Source: Nitrospirota bacterium
Lineage (GTDB): Bacteria; Nitrospirota; UBA9217
Direction: 5' to 3'
NCBI GenBank assembly: GCA_963740085.1
Contig: CAVUCU010000007.1
Coordinates: forward strand, 160,001 to 224,000
Length of the DNA stretch: 64,000 nt
The notes under the pieces were generated by a model. That model was not told where the DNA came from, did no database searches, and saw only the letters and a list, made by a program, of their open reading frames with translations. The position numbers were made by a program, and so were the translations under genes. Below are positions 1 through 9,349 of the stretch, piece after piece. Every line of letters begins with the position of its first letter. Within the stretch, counting starts at the first letter, position 1.

Positions 1-3000
1 CTCGGAGATCGGCGCGACCCAGGCCTCGCCGCCAAGCCTCTCGATCTGCCGTACCACGTCCTCATTGCTGAACCGGTTGGAGCGGATATAGATCTCGCCC
101 ACCACGCCGATCACCGGCCTGGTACGCTCGGCGATCTCGATGGCGGAGAAGTCCTCATAGACGTTACGCAGCACGGGAAGGAGGTCCGCCCTTCGCTCGA
201 TGGCAACGCTCACCGTATTCAGCGCGGTCTGATAGACCCGGTCCGTCTGACCCTTCCGCTTTTCGTAAGGCCGATATTCCCAAAGCGCCTTCTGGAGCAT
301 GTCCACGGCGAACACACCCCGCCAGCACATAAGCACAAAATCCTTATCAAGCACCCGGACGTCATTATGGAGCGACTCATCCTGCATGGGAGAGAGGACC
401 TCCACGCGGTCGAGCCCCAGGTTGTCGAGTACCTGGCGGTGGTAGCGGTTATATTGTCCGAAGCGGCAGGGTCCTTTTCCCGAAGGCATGAAGAAGGCGC
501 TCCTGTCAGGATCGAAGCCGGGCCTGCGTGTTGCCTTGATCATATCGCCGGTCGTGAGGGCAAGGGGATAGCACTCGCGGCCCGAGCTGTGTTTTCTGCC
601 GATCCGCACCGTCTCGTCGTCCGACTCGGGCAGCACCTCGGTATCCACGCCGCAGGCACGGAACGCGGCAGAGAGCGCATGCGCGTGATCGGTCATCGGA
701 GGGAAATAGACCTTTTTCGTGCGAAGCGTTCCCTTGCTCCGACTTTGGACCGAGAAGGGCCCGCGCGGTTTGCCCTGTCCCGCATTCTTGAGGCTGTCCA
801 GGAACGCCTCGATCCTCGTGATCGCCCCGGCATCTGCGCTGTGCTCATCGATCTCGAGTTGGAGAAAGGGCTTGCCTGACATCTCATGCCTGAAGAAGTG
901 AGTGATGAATGAATCCGGTCCGCACCCGAAGTTCGTGATATAGAGCGGGTAGAGGTTTGGATGTTCCCGGATGATCCTCCCCGCAGCCATGATCTTCTGC
1001 CCGGACAACCAGTACATGTTCTCAAGGCCAATACTGTCCACGCTGTGGAGGGGCAGAAAATCCATGGGAATGGCCTGGATACCCAGATCGCGGATCTTGG
1101 AAGGCAGGTTCATGTTCACACCGGGGTCGCAGGTGTTATAGCTCCGGCCAATGAGCACGACTGCCTTTTCTCCGGGCTTGATCGCTGAAAGGACGGCACG
1201 ACCATGCTCCTCAACGGCATGCAGAAATTTTTCCTGTGCCTGATGGGCGACCTGCTGCGCCCTCTTCACCGCCGCCCTGCCCTTGCCGAGCGATGCACCC
1301 AGCATCTGCATGCTCTTGTTGAAATGACGCTCGTCCTGCAGATAGAGAACCGGCTCGACCGTCTTGATGTCGCCGACGAGGACCGATGACCTGGCAATAT
1401 ACGGTAAAGCCTGGGCATAGGGACAGGCCTGTGCGTTCTTGTCCTGGTCCCCGGAGGCGGGAACACGGATAAAGCTCGGCAGGAACAAGATGTCCACTTT
1501 TTTATCGATAAGATCCTGAATATGCCCGAGCGCGACCTTGGCGGGAAAGCAGGTCTCGGCCACAGTGACCTCGAGCGCCCGGTTGATCAGCGTCCGGTTC
1601 GTGCGATCCGACAGCACCACGCGGTAACCAAGCTCGGCAAAGAAGGTCTGAAAGAACGGCATGAAATCGTTCACATACAGCATGCGTGGAATGCCGATGC
1701 TCGGTGCATTCAGAGCCGGCTGCCGGTGTGCTGTTGCAGTGATGAGGAGGTCCTCGCGCTGCGCGAAAAGGTCCGTTGCCGCGCCGGAAGACGCCGTCTT
1801 TTTCTTTACGTCATACTTCTCGCACCGGCTGCCGTAAAAGAGCGGCTTCTCTCCGTCAAAGAGCACCCTGCGGATATTACAACGGTTCGGGCACTCGGCG
1901 CACTCGAAGGTCGTGACACGGTAATCACGCTTGCTCAGGTCAAAACCCTTAAAGGTACTTGCCCCCGAGCGTTCGCGCATGGCCAGGATAGCTACGCCGA
2001 TCGCGCCGGTGACCTCATAATGCGGCGGAACCGTGATGGGCTTGTTCGTGATCGTCTCAAAGGCGGATACGACGGCCCTGTTCGCGGCAACGCCTCCCTG
2101 GAAGAAGATGCGGTCCCCAACGCGCTTGCCGGCCACCACTTTATTGAGATAGTTGTAGACAATCGAGTACGCGAGTCCGGCGGTTAGCTCTTCCACACCC
2201 GAGCCGGTGTTCATGGAGTGTACCAGGTCGGACTCCATGAACACGGTGCAGCGCTCCCCGAACCTGCAGGGCGACTCTGCCTGGAACGCCCTGTTCTCAA
2301 ACTCCTTCTTGATGTTTATGCCGAGCCGCTCTGCCTGCTCTTCCAGGAACGAACCCGTGCCCGCGGCGCAGGCCTTGTTCATTTCGAAGTCGACCACCGC
2401 TCCATCACGGAGGCTGATAAACTTCGAGTCCTGTCCTCCGATCTCGAAGATGGTGTCCACCGCAGGATCAATGGCAGCAGCGGCGGTTGCCTGGGCGGTG
2501 ATCTCGTTCCTGACCACGTCGGCGCCTATCATATCGCCCGTTAAATACCGTCCGGAACCCGTGGTGCCTGCCCCGAGGATCTTGACCCGTGAACCTATCT
2601 CCTCACCCACTTCTGCTAGGCCCAGCTTAACCGCTTCGATCGGCCTGCCTGCCGTAGGAAGATATCGTTTGGACAGCACCCGCATGTTCTTGTCGATCAC
2701 GACCACATTGGTCGAGACGGACCCCACGTCCACTCCCAGATAGACCTCGATCAGACCATCCACGTCCGGTGAAGCATCGCAGTCCGGATTCGGCATGATG
2801 CCACGGGGCCTGGCAAGGGGTCTTACGCCGGAGTGGGCAATCTTTTCTCCCGAGGAGAGGTAGGCGTCAAGCGCGGACAAGCCGCGGTACTTAACATGAT
2901 GACCGGACGGCTCCATGACCATGAGCCCCGCGCCTATCGCGCCCGAGGTGGTGAAGTGGCCGGGTACACGGATATCGGATTCCGACAGGGCAAGTACTTC

Positions 3001-3711
3001 GCGGAAGGCCCTGCGCATGCCGAGGTTCGCGGCAACACCGCCCAGGAACAAGAGAGGCGTAAGGAACTTTTTGCCCTTGCCCACGGTGGCCTTGAAGTTC
3101 CTGGCCATGGCAAAACAGAGCCCCGCCACAATATCGTAGTCCGGAGTGGCGCTCTGCTGGAGGTGGATCATGTCGCTCTTGGCGAAAACGCTGCACCGAC
3201 CCGCGACACGCGGCGGCGACTTGGATTCGAGGGCGATGGCGCTGAACTCTTCGATGGTGAGGTGGAGACGTGAAGCCTGCTGATCGAGAAATGATCCGGT
3301 GCCCGCTGCGCAGGCTGCGTTCATGGAGAAGTCTTCGATCCTGACCCCCTGAGTGACCGCATCGCGGGCGAGGGTGATGAGCTTCGCGTCCTCACCGCCC
3401 ATCTCGATGATGGTGCGCGCATCAGGATGATAACGGCCGGCGAAGGCGGACTGAGCAAGGATCTCATTGATGAACAAAGCCCCCAGGGTTCCGGCAACCT
3501 GCTTCCCGCCGCTCCCGGTAATACCGGCAGCGATGATTCCGTTCTCGGGAAATTGTGACGTCAGCGCCTGAAGCTCGTTCTTGAGAGAATTGAGCGGGTC
3601 CCCCTTGATGCGGGTGTACGTCTCGGAGAGCAGCGTCTTGTCCGCACGAAGGAGCGCGGTCTTGATGGTCACCGAACCGATATCGATACCGAGGAAGAGG
3701 TCTTTTTGCAT
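1..3711 (-). CDS. Acyl-CoA dehydratase activase fusion (two BadF/BcrAD ASKHA ATPase domains + DUF2229 domains), 3' end outside window
   Basis: Absent from the ORF track because it has no stop in the window. Manual translation from ATG 3711 gives MQKDLFLGIDIGSVTIK, EMGGEDAK, FSMNAACAAGTGSFLDQQ, a second YLGVDVGSVSTN / FEMNKACAAGTGSFLEEQ, then ETCFPAKVALGH, FGCGPDSF and GPCRFGQY. Confidence 0.9.
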   Translation of the reverse strand, partial: MQKDLFLGIDIGSVTIKTALLRADKTLLSETYTRIKGDPLNSLKNELQALTSQFPENGIIAAGITGSGGKQVAGTLGALFINEILAQSAFAGRYHPDARTIIEMGGEDAKLITLARDAVTQGVRIEDFSMNAACAAGTGSFLDQQASRLHLTIEEFSAIALESKSPPRVAGRCSVFAKSDMIHLQQSATPDYDIVAGLCFAMARNFKATVGKGKKFLTPLLFLGGVAANLGMRRAFREVLALSESDIRVPGHFTTSGAIGAGLMVMEPSGHHVKYRGLSALDAYLSSGEKIAHSGVRPLARPRGIMPNPDCDASPDVDGLIEVYLGVDVGSVSTNVVVIDKNMRVLSKRYLPTAGRPIEAVKLGLAEVGEEIGSRVKILGAGTTGSGRYLTGDMIGADVVRNEITAQATAAAAIDPAVDTIFEIGGQDSKFISLRDGAVVDFEMNKACAAGTGSFLEEQAERLGINIKKEFENRAFQAESPCRFGERCTVFMESDLVHSMNTGSGVEELTAGLAYSIVYNYLNKVVAGKRVGDRIFFQGGVAANRAVVSAFETITNKPITVPPHYEVTGAIGVAILAMRERSGASTFKGFDLSKRDYRVTTFECAECPNRCNIRRVLFDGEKPLFYGSRCEKYDVKKKTASSGAATDLFAQREDLLITATAHRQPALNAPSIGIPRMLYVNDFMPFFQTFFAELGYRVVLSDRTNRTLINRALEVTVAETCFPAKVALGHIQDLIDKKVDILFLPSFIRVPASGDQDKNAQACPYAQALPYIARSSVLVGDIKTVEPVLYLQDERHFNKSMQMLGASLGKGRAAVKRAQQVAHQAQEKFLHAVEEHGRAVLSAIKPGEKAVVLIGRSYNTCDPGVNMNLPSKIRDLGIQAIPMDFLPLHSVDSIGLENMYWLSGQKIMAAGRIIREHPNLYPLYITNFGCGPDSFITHFFRHEMSGKPFLQLEIDEHSADAGAITRIEAFLDSLKNAGQGKPRGPFSVQSRSKGTLRTKKVYFPPMTDHAHALSAAFRACGVDTEVLPESDDETVRIGRKHSSGRECYPLALTTGDMIKATRRPGFDPDRSAFFMPSGKGPCRFGQYNRYHRQVLDNLGLDRVEVLSPMQDESLHNDVRVLDKDFVLMCWRGVFAVDMLQKALWEYRPYEKRKGQTDRVYQTALNTVSVAIERRADLLPVLRNVYEDFSAIEIAERTRPVIGVVGEIYIRSNRFSNEDVVRQIERLGGEAWVAPISE

Positions 3712-3765
3712 GAGCCTTTCCTTATGACGAACTTCAGGATTTGCGTGTTACGGCAATAAATAATT

Positions 3766-3890
3766 TACCACCCTGCCCGAAGAGATCGAAGATCAGGCTT
3801 GATGACGACCATGGATATTCTGAGAACCATCTCTGGTGTTCCATCGAGTGAACGGCAGACGATCTCGAACGGGGCAAAACCGGGATAGTA
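3766..3890 (-). ncRNA. Candidate structured 5' leader or sRNA (long interrupted hairpin)
   Basis: Nested complementary blocks TACTATCC/GGGTGGTA, TGCCC(C)G/CGGGCA, GAGATCG/CGATCTC, GATG/CATC and ACCA/TGGT begin at the predicted TSS. Confidence 0.45.
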
Positions 3891-3897
3891 TACTTTT

Positions 3898-3926
3898 ATT
3901 ATAGAAAGAACCGGGACGTTAGTCAA
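3898..3926 (-). promoter_or_regulatory. sigma70 promoter for the activase gene
   Basis: TTGACT-N17-TATAAT on the minus strand. Confidence 0.7.
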
Positions 3927-4007
3927 TGCCCTGTGAGTAAAAGTCGGGTACTTTAATTGCGTCCGCATATTTGAGACATAAAAAGTAAATAGTAATGTGC
4001 CCGCGGT

Positions 4008-4038
4008 TAAAATAATGCTATAATATCTCGTTATTTTA
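4008..4038 (+). promoter_or_regulatory. Extended -10 promoter bracketed by an inverted repeat (possible operator)
   Basis: TAAAATAA-TGCTATAAT-ATCTCG-TTATTTTA just upstream of the TPR ORF. Confidence 0.4.
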
Positions 4039-4046
4039 CCGGGAAA

Positions 4047-4406
4047 GTGCACGTGTCTGCCCGCGCTCAGTACAACGAGGGAATGAAGCAGTTTAGCCAG
4101 AGAAACTTTTGGGGCGCAGAAGAGGCCTTCGAGTGGGCAATTCGCCTTGACCCCGGGAATGCGGAATACGTTTTTCGCAGGAGAATGACGCTCGCACGCA
4201 TTCCGCGCAGGGGGCACGAAGCAGAAGAGCACCTGGTGGCGGCGATCGAGCAACAGCCGAAAAGAAGCGAGTACCATCTGGAACTTGGGCACTTCTACGC
4301 GAGAAGCGGACTGAAAGTGAAGGCGATCACCGCATACCAGAATGCTCTGCAACTCGACCCGGATTCTGACAAGATCACCAAGGCCATTCAGAAAATCAGC
4401 GGATAG
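4047..4406 (+). CDS. Tetratricopeptide repeat protein
   Basis: TPR-like helices AEEAFEWAIRLDP, YHLELGHFY and AITAYQNALQLDP. Confidence 0.65.
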   Translation: MHVSARAQYNEGMKQFSQRNFWGAEEAFEWAIRLDPGNAEYVFRRRMTLARIPRRGHEAEEHLVAAIEQQPKRSEYHLELGHFYARSGLKVKAITAYQNALQLDPDSDKITKAIQKISG

Positions 4407-4427
4407 AAAATCCCCACCTCCGTCATA

Positions 4428-5189
4428 TCATCCCCTCGCGGACATCCTCACCATCCCGACGGGATTCGGAGAAGGACGCTTGTAACCTTTTTCCTGGACC
4501 ACGACGTCCAGGGGCAGGCTCATCAGGTCGGCAAGATCCGGCGTCATGCGGCCGAGCAGTTTCCCGTCCACCGTCTTGACATATGATTTGCACGAATCAC
4601 AGGCACGGACCGTAAATCCTTTTTCATTCCTGACAAAGAAGGTGTTCAACAGTTTCGTATCCTTGTTGTGACAAACAGCACAACCGCCGGCATCACCCCG
4701 TCCTTTCGTACCGCAAAAAGAACAGTGCAGCTGGTGCAGGCCTTCCCTTGAGACGGACAACAGAGATGGCCGCGCGGCGCACACAGGACACCTTCCTTCT
4801 TCCCAAAAGCGGCCATCGCGCTGCAGGACCTCATGCATCCCGAGAAAGTACGGCCTGCTTAAGAGAAAGAGAAGCATCATGAGATCGTCCTCGGGATAGG
4901 GGAGCGAGAAGGCCGGCACTTCGAGCAACGGGAGTCTCGTAAAATCGACCTCGCCAAGCTCCAGGGCCTGTTTCAGGGGGGACAGGCTGCCTTCGGGCAG
5001 ATCAATGACAGGCTGGAAGCGCTCAACGATCCTGCCAACGAACTCCGGCGGATAAGCTTTCAGACCCGGTCTCGAAGGCATACCGAGTGTTTTCACCGCC
5101 TCCGCGAATTGGACGGACCTTTCATAGAACCTCAGTGTGTCCTCGAGATGCGGCTTTTTCGCGATAATTGATTCGATGATTGGGTCCAC
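4428..5189 (-). CDS. fdhE: Formate dehydrogenase accessory protein FdhE
   Basis: WEEGRCPVC, LHCSFCGT, CAVC, CDSCKSYVKTVD and DLMSLPLD. Confidence 0.85.
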   Translation of the reverse strand: MDPIIESIIAKKPHLEDTLRFYERSVQFAEAVKTLGMPSRPGLKAYPPEFVGRIVERFQPVIDLPEGSLSPLKQALELGEVDFTRLPLLEVPAFSLPYPEDDLMMLLFLLSRPYFLGMHEVLQRDGRFWEEGRCPVCAARPSLLSVSREGLHQLHCSFCGTKGRGDAGGCAVCHNKDTKLLNTFFVRNEKGFTVRACDSCKSYVKTVDGKLLGRMTPDLADLMSLPLDVVVQEKGYKRPSPNPVGMVRMSARG

Positions 5190-5355
5190 AGACGTCCTTC
5201 TTACAAGAATAAACTTGTTGAGAATTGCGGCGGTCCGGACCAGGAAAAAGACAAGACCGAGATACGTGCGCGGACTTATACGCCCGTAAATTTGTTCTCC
5301 GTCTCCTTGTCAGGGCTCATAAGGGATACAAGTAACAGCCTATCTCCGAGAGGGG

Positions 5356-6621
5356 TCAATGCAGGAGGATGTACGAAATCGCACCACCTATATAGCCTAT
5401 GAGGGCAAGAAAACTGATCCTTCGAACATACCAGAAAAACTCAATCTTTTCTATTCCCATGGCGGCAACACCGGCTGCTGATCCGATTATCAGGATCGAA
5501 CCGCCTGTCCCTGCCGCGTAGGCAAGGAACTCCCAAAGGAACGAATCCGGTGGGAACTGCGTCATAGAATACATCCCCATGGAAGCGGCAACAAGCGGCA
5601 CGTTGTCCACAATAGCGCTGACAAGTCCAAAAATGGAAACAATAATCGCCTGGTTGCCCACCATCTTGTCGAGCCATTGGGCAAGCGAAGCCAGGATGTG
5701 CGAATGCTCGAGCGCCGCCACGGCGAGCAAGATCCCGATAAAGAACACCAGTGATGCCATGTCGATCCTTTGAAGTGCCGCCACCAGCGTCAAGTGCTGC
5801 TTCTCAAAGGCATTTTTACTGCGGTGAATCAGCTCTCCAGCCAGCCAGAGCAGGCCAAGACCGAACAAAATGCCCATAAACGGAGGTAAATGCGTCAGGG
5901 TCTTGAAGACAGGAACGGCGCATAATATGCCGATGCCTGCGAAGAACATAAATCTCCTTTCAAATGAGGTTGTCTCATATTTGCCGCGGTTTTCCTCTGT
6001 CTTCGTAGGGATGACAATAGGTTTTCCACGAAGGAGATAACTGATTACAACCAACGGTACCATCAAATTGACCGTTGAGGGGATAAAAACGCCTTTTATG
6101 ATCGCGAGAGCGGTAATCTGTCCTCCTATCCAGAGCATGGTAGTGGTCACGTCTCCTATGGGCGACCACGCACCACCGGCATTGGCAGCGATGACAATGA
6201 TCCCCCCGAAGAACAACCTGTCTTCTCTCCGACCAAGCAGCTTCCGGTTTAAAGACATCATCACGATGGTGGTCGTCAGGTTGTCGAGCACGGCGCTGAG
6301 GAAGAACGTGACGAATCCTATCAGCCACAGGAGGGTAGTCATCCTGGTCGTCTTTATTTTTTCCGTAATGACGTTAAAGCCGTCATGGGCATCAACCACC
6401 TCAACGATCGTCATTGCTCCCATGAGGAAAAAAACGATCTGCGCGGTCGCGGAAAGGGACTCATTCAATTGTTCGGTAACATGGCCGGTGAAGACTGCAT
6501 AGATCGTCCATAACAGGCCGGCGCCTACCAGGGCAGGCGCGCTCTTATTGACCTTGAGCGGATGCTCGAGCGCGATTGCTGCATAGGCTATCACAAAAAC
6601 AATAATCAGTACTGCGTTCAT
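5356..6621 (-). CDS. nhaD: Na+/H+ antiporter, NhaD family
   Basis: FFLMGAMTIVEVVDAH, SAVLDNLTTTIV, AANAGGAWSPIGDVTTTMLW and SAIVDNVPLVAA. Confidence 0.9.
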   Translation of the reverse strand: MNAVLIIVFVIAYAAIALEHPLKVNKSAPALVGAGLLWTIYAVFTGHVTEQLNESLSATAQIVFFLMGAMTIVEVVDAHDGFNVITEKIKTTRMTTLLWLIGFVTFFLSAVLDNLTTTIVMMSLNRKLLGRREDRLFFGGIIVIAANAGGAWSPIGDVTTTMLWIGGQITALAIIKGVFIPSTVNLMVPLVVISYLLRGKPIVIPTKTEENRGKYETTSFERRFMFFAGIGILCAVPVFKTLTHLPPFMGILFGLGLLWLAGELIHRSKNAFEKQHLTLVAALQRIDMASLVFFIGILLAVAALEHSHILASLAQWLDKMVGNQAIIVSIFGLVSAIVDNVPLVAASMGMYSMTQFPPDSFLWEFLAYAAGTGGSILIIGSAAGVAAMGIEKIEFFWYVRRISFLALIGYIGGAISYILLH

Positions 6622-6729
6622 GGTGTAAAACCCTTTTCACGGTAGACAGAGATCGTTTACGTTCAGCGTTCTCACCGAGCGAATTATCCAGTGCGTCAGC
6701 ATGAGACAATGGAGCAATAAAAAACTATA

Positions 6730-6897
6730 TCAAGAAGAAACAATCATGAAGCATGGAGGGCTGATCAGACCGCTCGGACATTCTCCGGAACAGATCGGAC
6801 GATCTGGCATTTGCAGGTAGATCGCCGGTAAGAGGAGTGAGCGCATACCGCGAGAAGAAACCACCATGAAAAGTTTTCGGATCCGTTGTCTCTTCAT
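6730..6897 (-). CDS. Small hypothetical ORF (55 aa) upstream of nhaD
   Basis: GAGGAGG RBS and an extended -10 (TGTTATAGT) lie directly upstream. Sequence MKRQRIRKLFMVVSS...PICSGECPSG...; no homology recognised. Confidence 0.3.
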   Translation of the reverse strand: MKRQRIRKLFMVVSSRGMRSLLLPAIYLQMPDRPICSGECPSGLISPPCFMIVSS

Positions 6898-7132
6898 CAA
6901 TGCCTCCTCATTTACTATAACAGCAAAAGTCAGTCGACTACAATGTCATGAACCAGCTCGCGCACAAAGGTAGTGATCCCTTTGGAAAACCGATCTGTCA
7001 CAGGAGTACACTCCCTTCCCCGAAAAAAGGAGTTTCTTCACAACTGCCGGCCATATTCCCGCATGGGCATTTCGACTTGTTGCTTGATGACGCAGCTAGT
7101 GATCCGGGTCGTCTGCGTCTCAGGAATCTGTT

Positions 7133-7167
7133 AAAAAATAAGGAGCCGCCATTACTGACCGGCCCCC
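7133..7167 (-). terminator. Intrinsic terminator after acs
   Basis: GGGGCCG..CGGCTCC stem followed by TTATTTTTT. Confidence 0.5.
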
Positions 7168-7204
7168 CTGAGGAGAGCGTTCAGAATATTTATTGAGAAG
7201 GACC

Positions 7205-9181
7205 TTACAGTTTTCCCTTCACCAGGTTATTCACCACCGATGGATCAGCCAGCGTCGAGGTATCGCCGAGTTCATCTATCTGGCCGTGCGCGATCTTCCG
7301 CAGGATGCGGCGCATGATCTTGCCGCTCCGCGTCTTCGGGAGTCCGGGCGCGAACTGCAGCTTGTCCGGAGTGGCGATCGGCCCGATGACCGAACGGACA
7401 TGACCGGTGAGTATCTTCTTGAGCTCATCGGTCGGCTTGAATCCGTCCTTGAGTGTCACGTAAACATAGATCCCTTCGCCCTTGATGTCATGCGGATAGC
7501 CGACCACTGCGGCCTCGGCGACCGCTTCGTGGCTGACGAGCGCGGACTCGACCTCGGCCGTGCCGAGCCGGTGTCCGGACACGTTGATCACATCATCTAC
7601 GCGGCCCATGAGCCAGTAATCGCCGCTCTCGTCCACCCGCGCGCCGTCACCGGTAAAGTACTTGCCCGGGAACCTGCTGAAGTAGACCTCTTTGATGCGC
7701 TTGTTCTCGGGATCGCCGTAGGTGCCGCGTAGCATGCCGGGCCAGGGCTTATTGATGCATAGGTATCCGCCCTCGTTTGCACCGGCCGGCGAACCGTCTT
7801 CTTTTACTACCTGGGGTACGACCCCGGGGAACGGTCTCGTTGCCGAACCTGGCTTAGCCGTGATCGCGCCGGGAAGCCCGGTGATCAGGATTCCGCCGGT
7901 CTCGGTCTGCCACCACGTGTCAACGATCGGTACTTTTTCCCTGCCCACAAACTTATGGTACCACATCCACGCCTCGGGATTGATGGGCTCGCCCACGCTT
8001 CCAAGGACCTTCAGGGACGACAACTCGTGGCTGGTCACCCACTTATCCCCTTCTTTCATCAGGGCGCGGATCGCCGTGGGTGCGGTATAGAAGATATTCA
8101 CCCGATGTTTGTCCACAATGTCCCAGAACCTGCCCGGATCGGGATAGCTCGGGATGCCCTCGAACATGAGCGACGTCGCTCCGTTCGAAAGCGGTCCGTA
8201 GAGGATATAGCTGTGGCCCGTGACCCATCCGATGTCGGCGGTGCAGAAGTGGATGTCCTCATCATGGTAGTCGAAGATCCACCGGAAGCTCAAATTGGTA
8301 TAGAGCATGTAACCAGCCGTGGTGTGCAGCACTCCCTTGGGTTTTCCCGTGGAGCCGGAGGTGTAGAGGATGAAGAGCGGGTCCTCAGCGTCCATCTTCT
8401 CGGGCTCGCAATAATTGGCGATGTCCTTCCCTGCCATCTCCTCATGCCACCAGGTGTCCCTGCCCGGTTCCATGTTTATCTTGCCCGTGCCTGCCCGCTG
8501 AACCACGATCATGTCCTTGACCGTCGGGCATTCAAGGATCGCCTCATCGGCGTTCGCCTTCAAAGGCACGTACCGGCCGCCACGGACCCCTTCGTCCGCG
8601 GTGATGACCATGGATGACTGGCAATCCTGGATGCGGTCACGCATTGCCTTCGCGGAAAAACCGCCAAACACCACGCTGTGTATCGCGCCCACCCGGGCGC
8701 AGGCCAGCATGGAGATGGCAAGCTCCGGGATCATCGGCAAATAGATGGTGACCCGGTCTCCCTTCTTGATGCCCTTCTTCTTGAGAACGTTGGCGAAGCG
8801 GTTCACCTCGGTGTAAAGCTGCTGGTAGGTGAAGGTCTTGTATTCCCCGCCATCTGACTCCCAGATGAGCGCCGCCTTGTTGCGCGTCGTAGTATTGATG
8901 AACCGGTCAAGGCAGTTCACCGAGGCATTCAACTTACCACCGCTGAACCACTTGATATACGGCTTGTGAAAATCATAGTCCAGGACCTTGTCCCACTTTT
9001 TGTACCACGTGAGGTTCTTCTCAGCCATCTCGGCCCAGAACTTGTCGGGCTCGTCTATGGACCTCTTGTAGATCTTTTCGTACTCCTTCATGCTCTTGAT
9101 ATGAGCTTTTGCGCTGAACTCCTTTGATGGGGGAAACTCTCTTTTTTCCGTTGATAGGACCTGGATGCTTTCATCAGCCAT
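7205..9181 (-). CDS. acs: Acetyl-CoA synthetase (AMP-forming)
   Basis: [31 protein letters not shown] and [12 protein letters not shown]. Start MADESIQ has an AAAGGAG RBS. Confidence 0.97.
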   Translation of the reverse strand: MADESIQVLSTEKREFPPSKEFSAKAHIKSMKEYEKIYKRSIDEPDKFWAEMAEKNLTWYKKWDKVLDYDFHKPYIKWFSGGKLNASVNCLDRFINTTTRNKAALIWESDGGEYKTFTYQQLYTEVNRFANVLKKKGIKKGDRVTIYLPMIPELAISMLACARVGAIHSVVFGGFSAKAMRDRIQDCQSSMVITADEGVRGGRYVPLKANADEAILECPTVKDMIVVQRAGTGKINMEPGRDTWWHEEMAGKDIANYCEPEKMDAEDPLFILYTSGSTGKPKGVLHTTAGYMLYTNLSFRWIFDYHDEDIHFCTADIGWVTGHSYILYGPLSNGATSLMFEGIPSYPDPGRFWDIVDKHRVNIFYTAPTAIRALMKEGDKWVTSHELSSLKVLGSVGEPINPEAWMWYHKFVGREKVPIVDTWWQTETGGILITGLPGAITAKPGSATRPFPGVVPQVVKEDGSPAGANEGGYLCINKPWPGMLRGTYGDPENKRIKEVYFSRFPGKYFTGDGARVDESGDYWLMGRVDDVINVSGHRLGTAEVESALVSHEAVAEAAVVGYPHDIKGEGIYVYVTLKDGFKPTDELKKILTGHVRSVIGPIATPDKLQFAPGLPKTRSGKIMRRILRKIAHGQIDELGDTSTLADPSVVNNLVKGKL

Positions 9182-9306
9182 GAAGAATTCTCCTTTCAAA
9201 ATGGGGGGAATAAATAAAAAGCGGTGAAGCGGGAGATTGAATGGTCCTGTTCCCCGTTCACCGATACACCGATGCAAGTATAGCAATATTTTCCGCAGTT
9301 GTCCTG

Positions 9307-9342
9307 AAAAAACCGGACACCCTGTTTCCAGGGCATCCGGTT
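9307..9342 (-). terminator. Intrinsic terminator between actP and acs
   Basis: AACCGGATGCCCTG-GAAA-CAGGGTGTCCGGTT followed by TTTT. Confidence 0.65.
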
Positions 9343-9349
9343 GAACTGA

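Noticed and set aside
367-3273. Several plus-strand ORFs in the ORF track
   Set aside because: They are antisense shadows of the untracked minus-strand activase CDS (1-3711).
5249-5312. GACAAG...CTTGTC hairpin upstream of fdhE
   Set aside because: Pairing is irregular, with no U-tract or recognisable motif, so it cannot be told from chance.
6622-6729. Na+/Li+ riboswitch upstream of nhaD
   Set aside because: I saw no match to the nhaA-I/II or DUF1646 consensus elements as I recall them.
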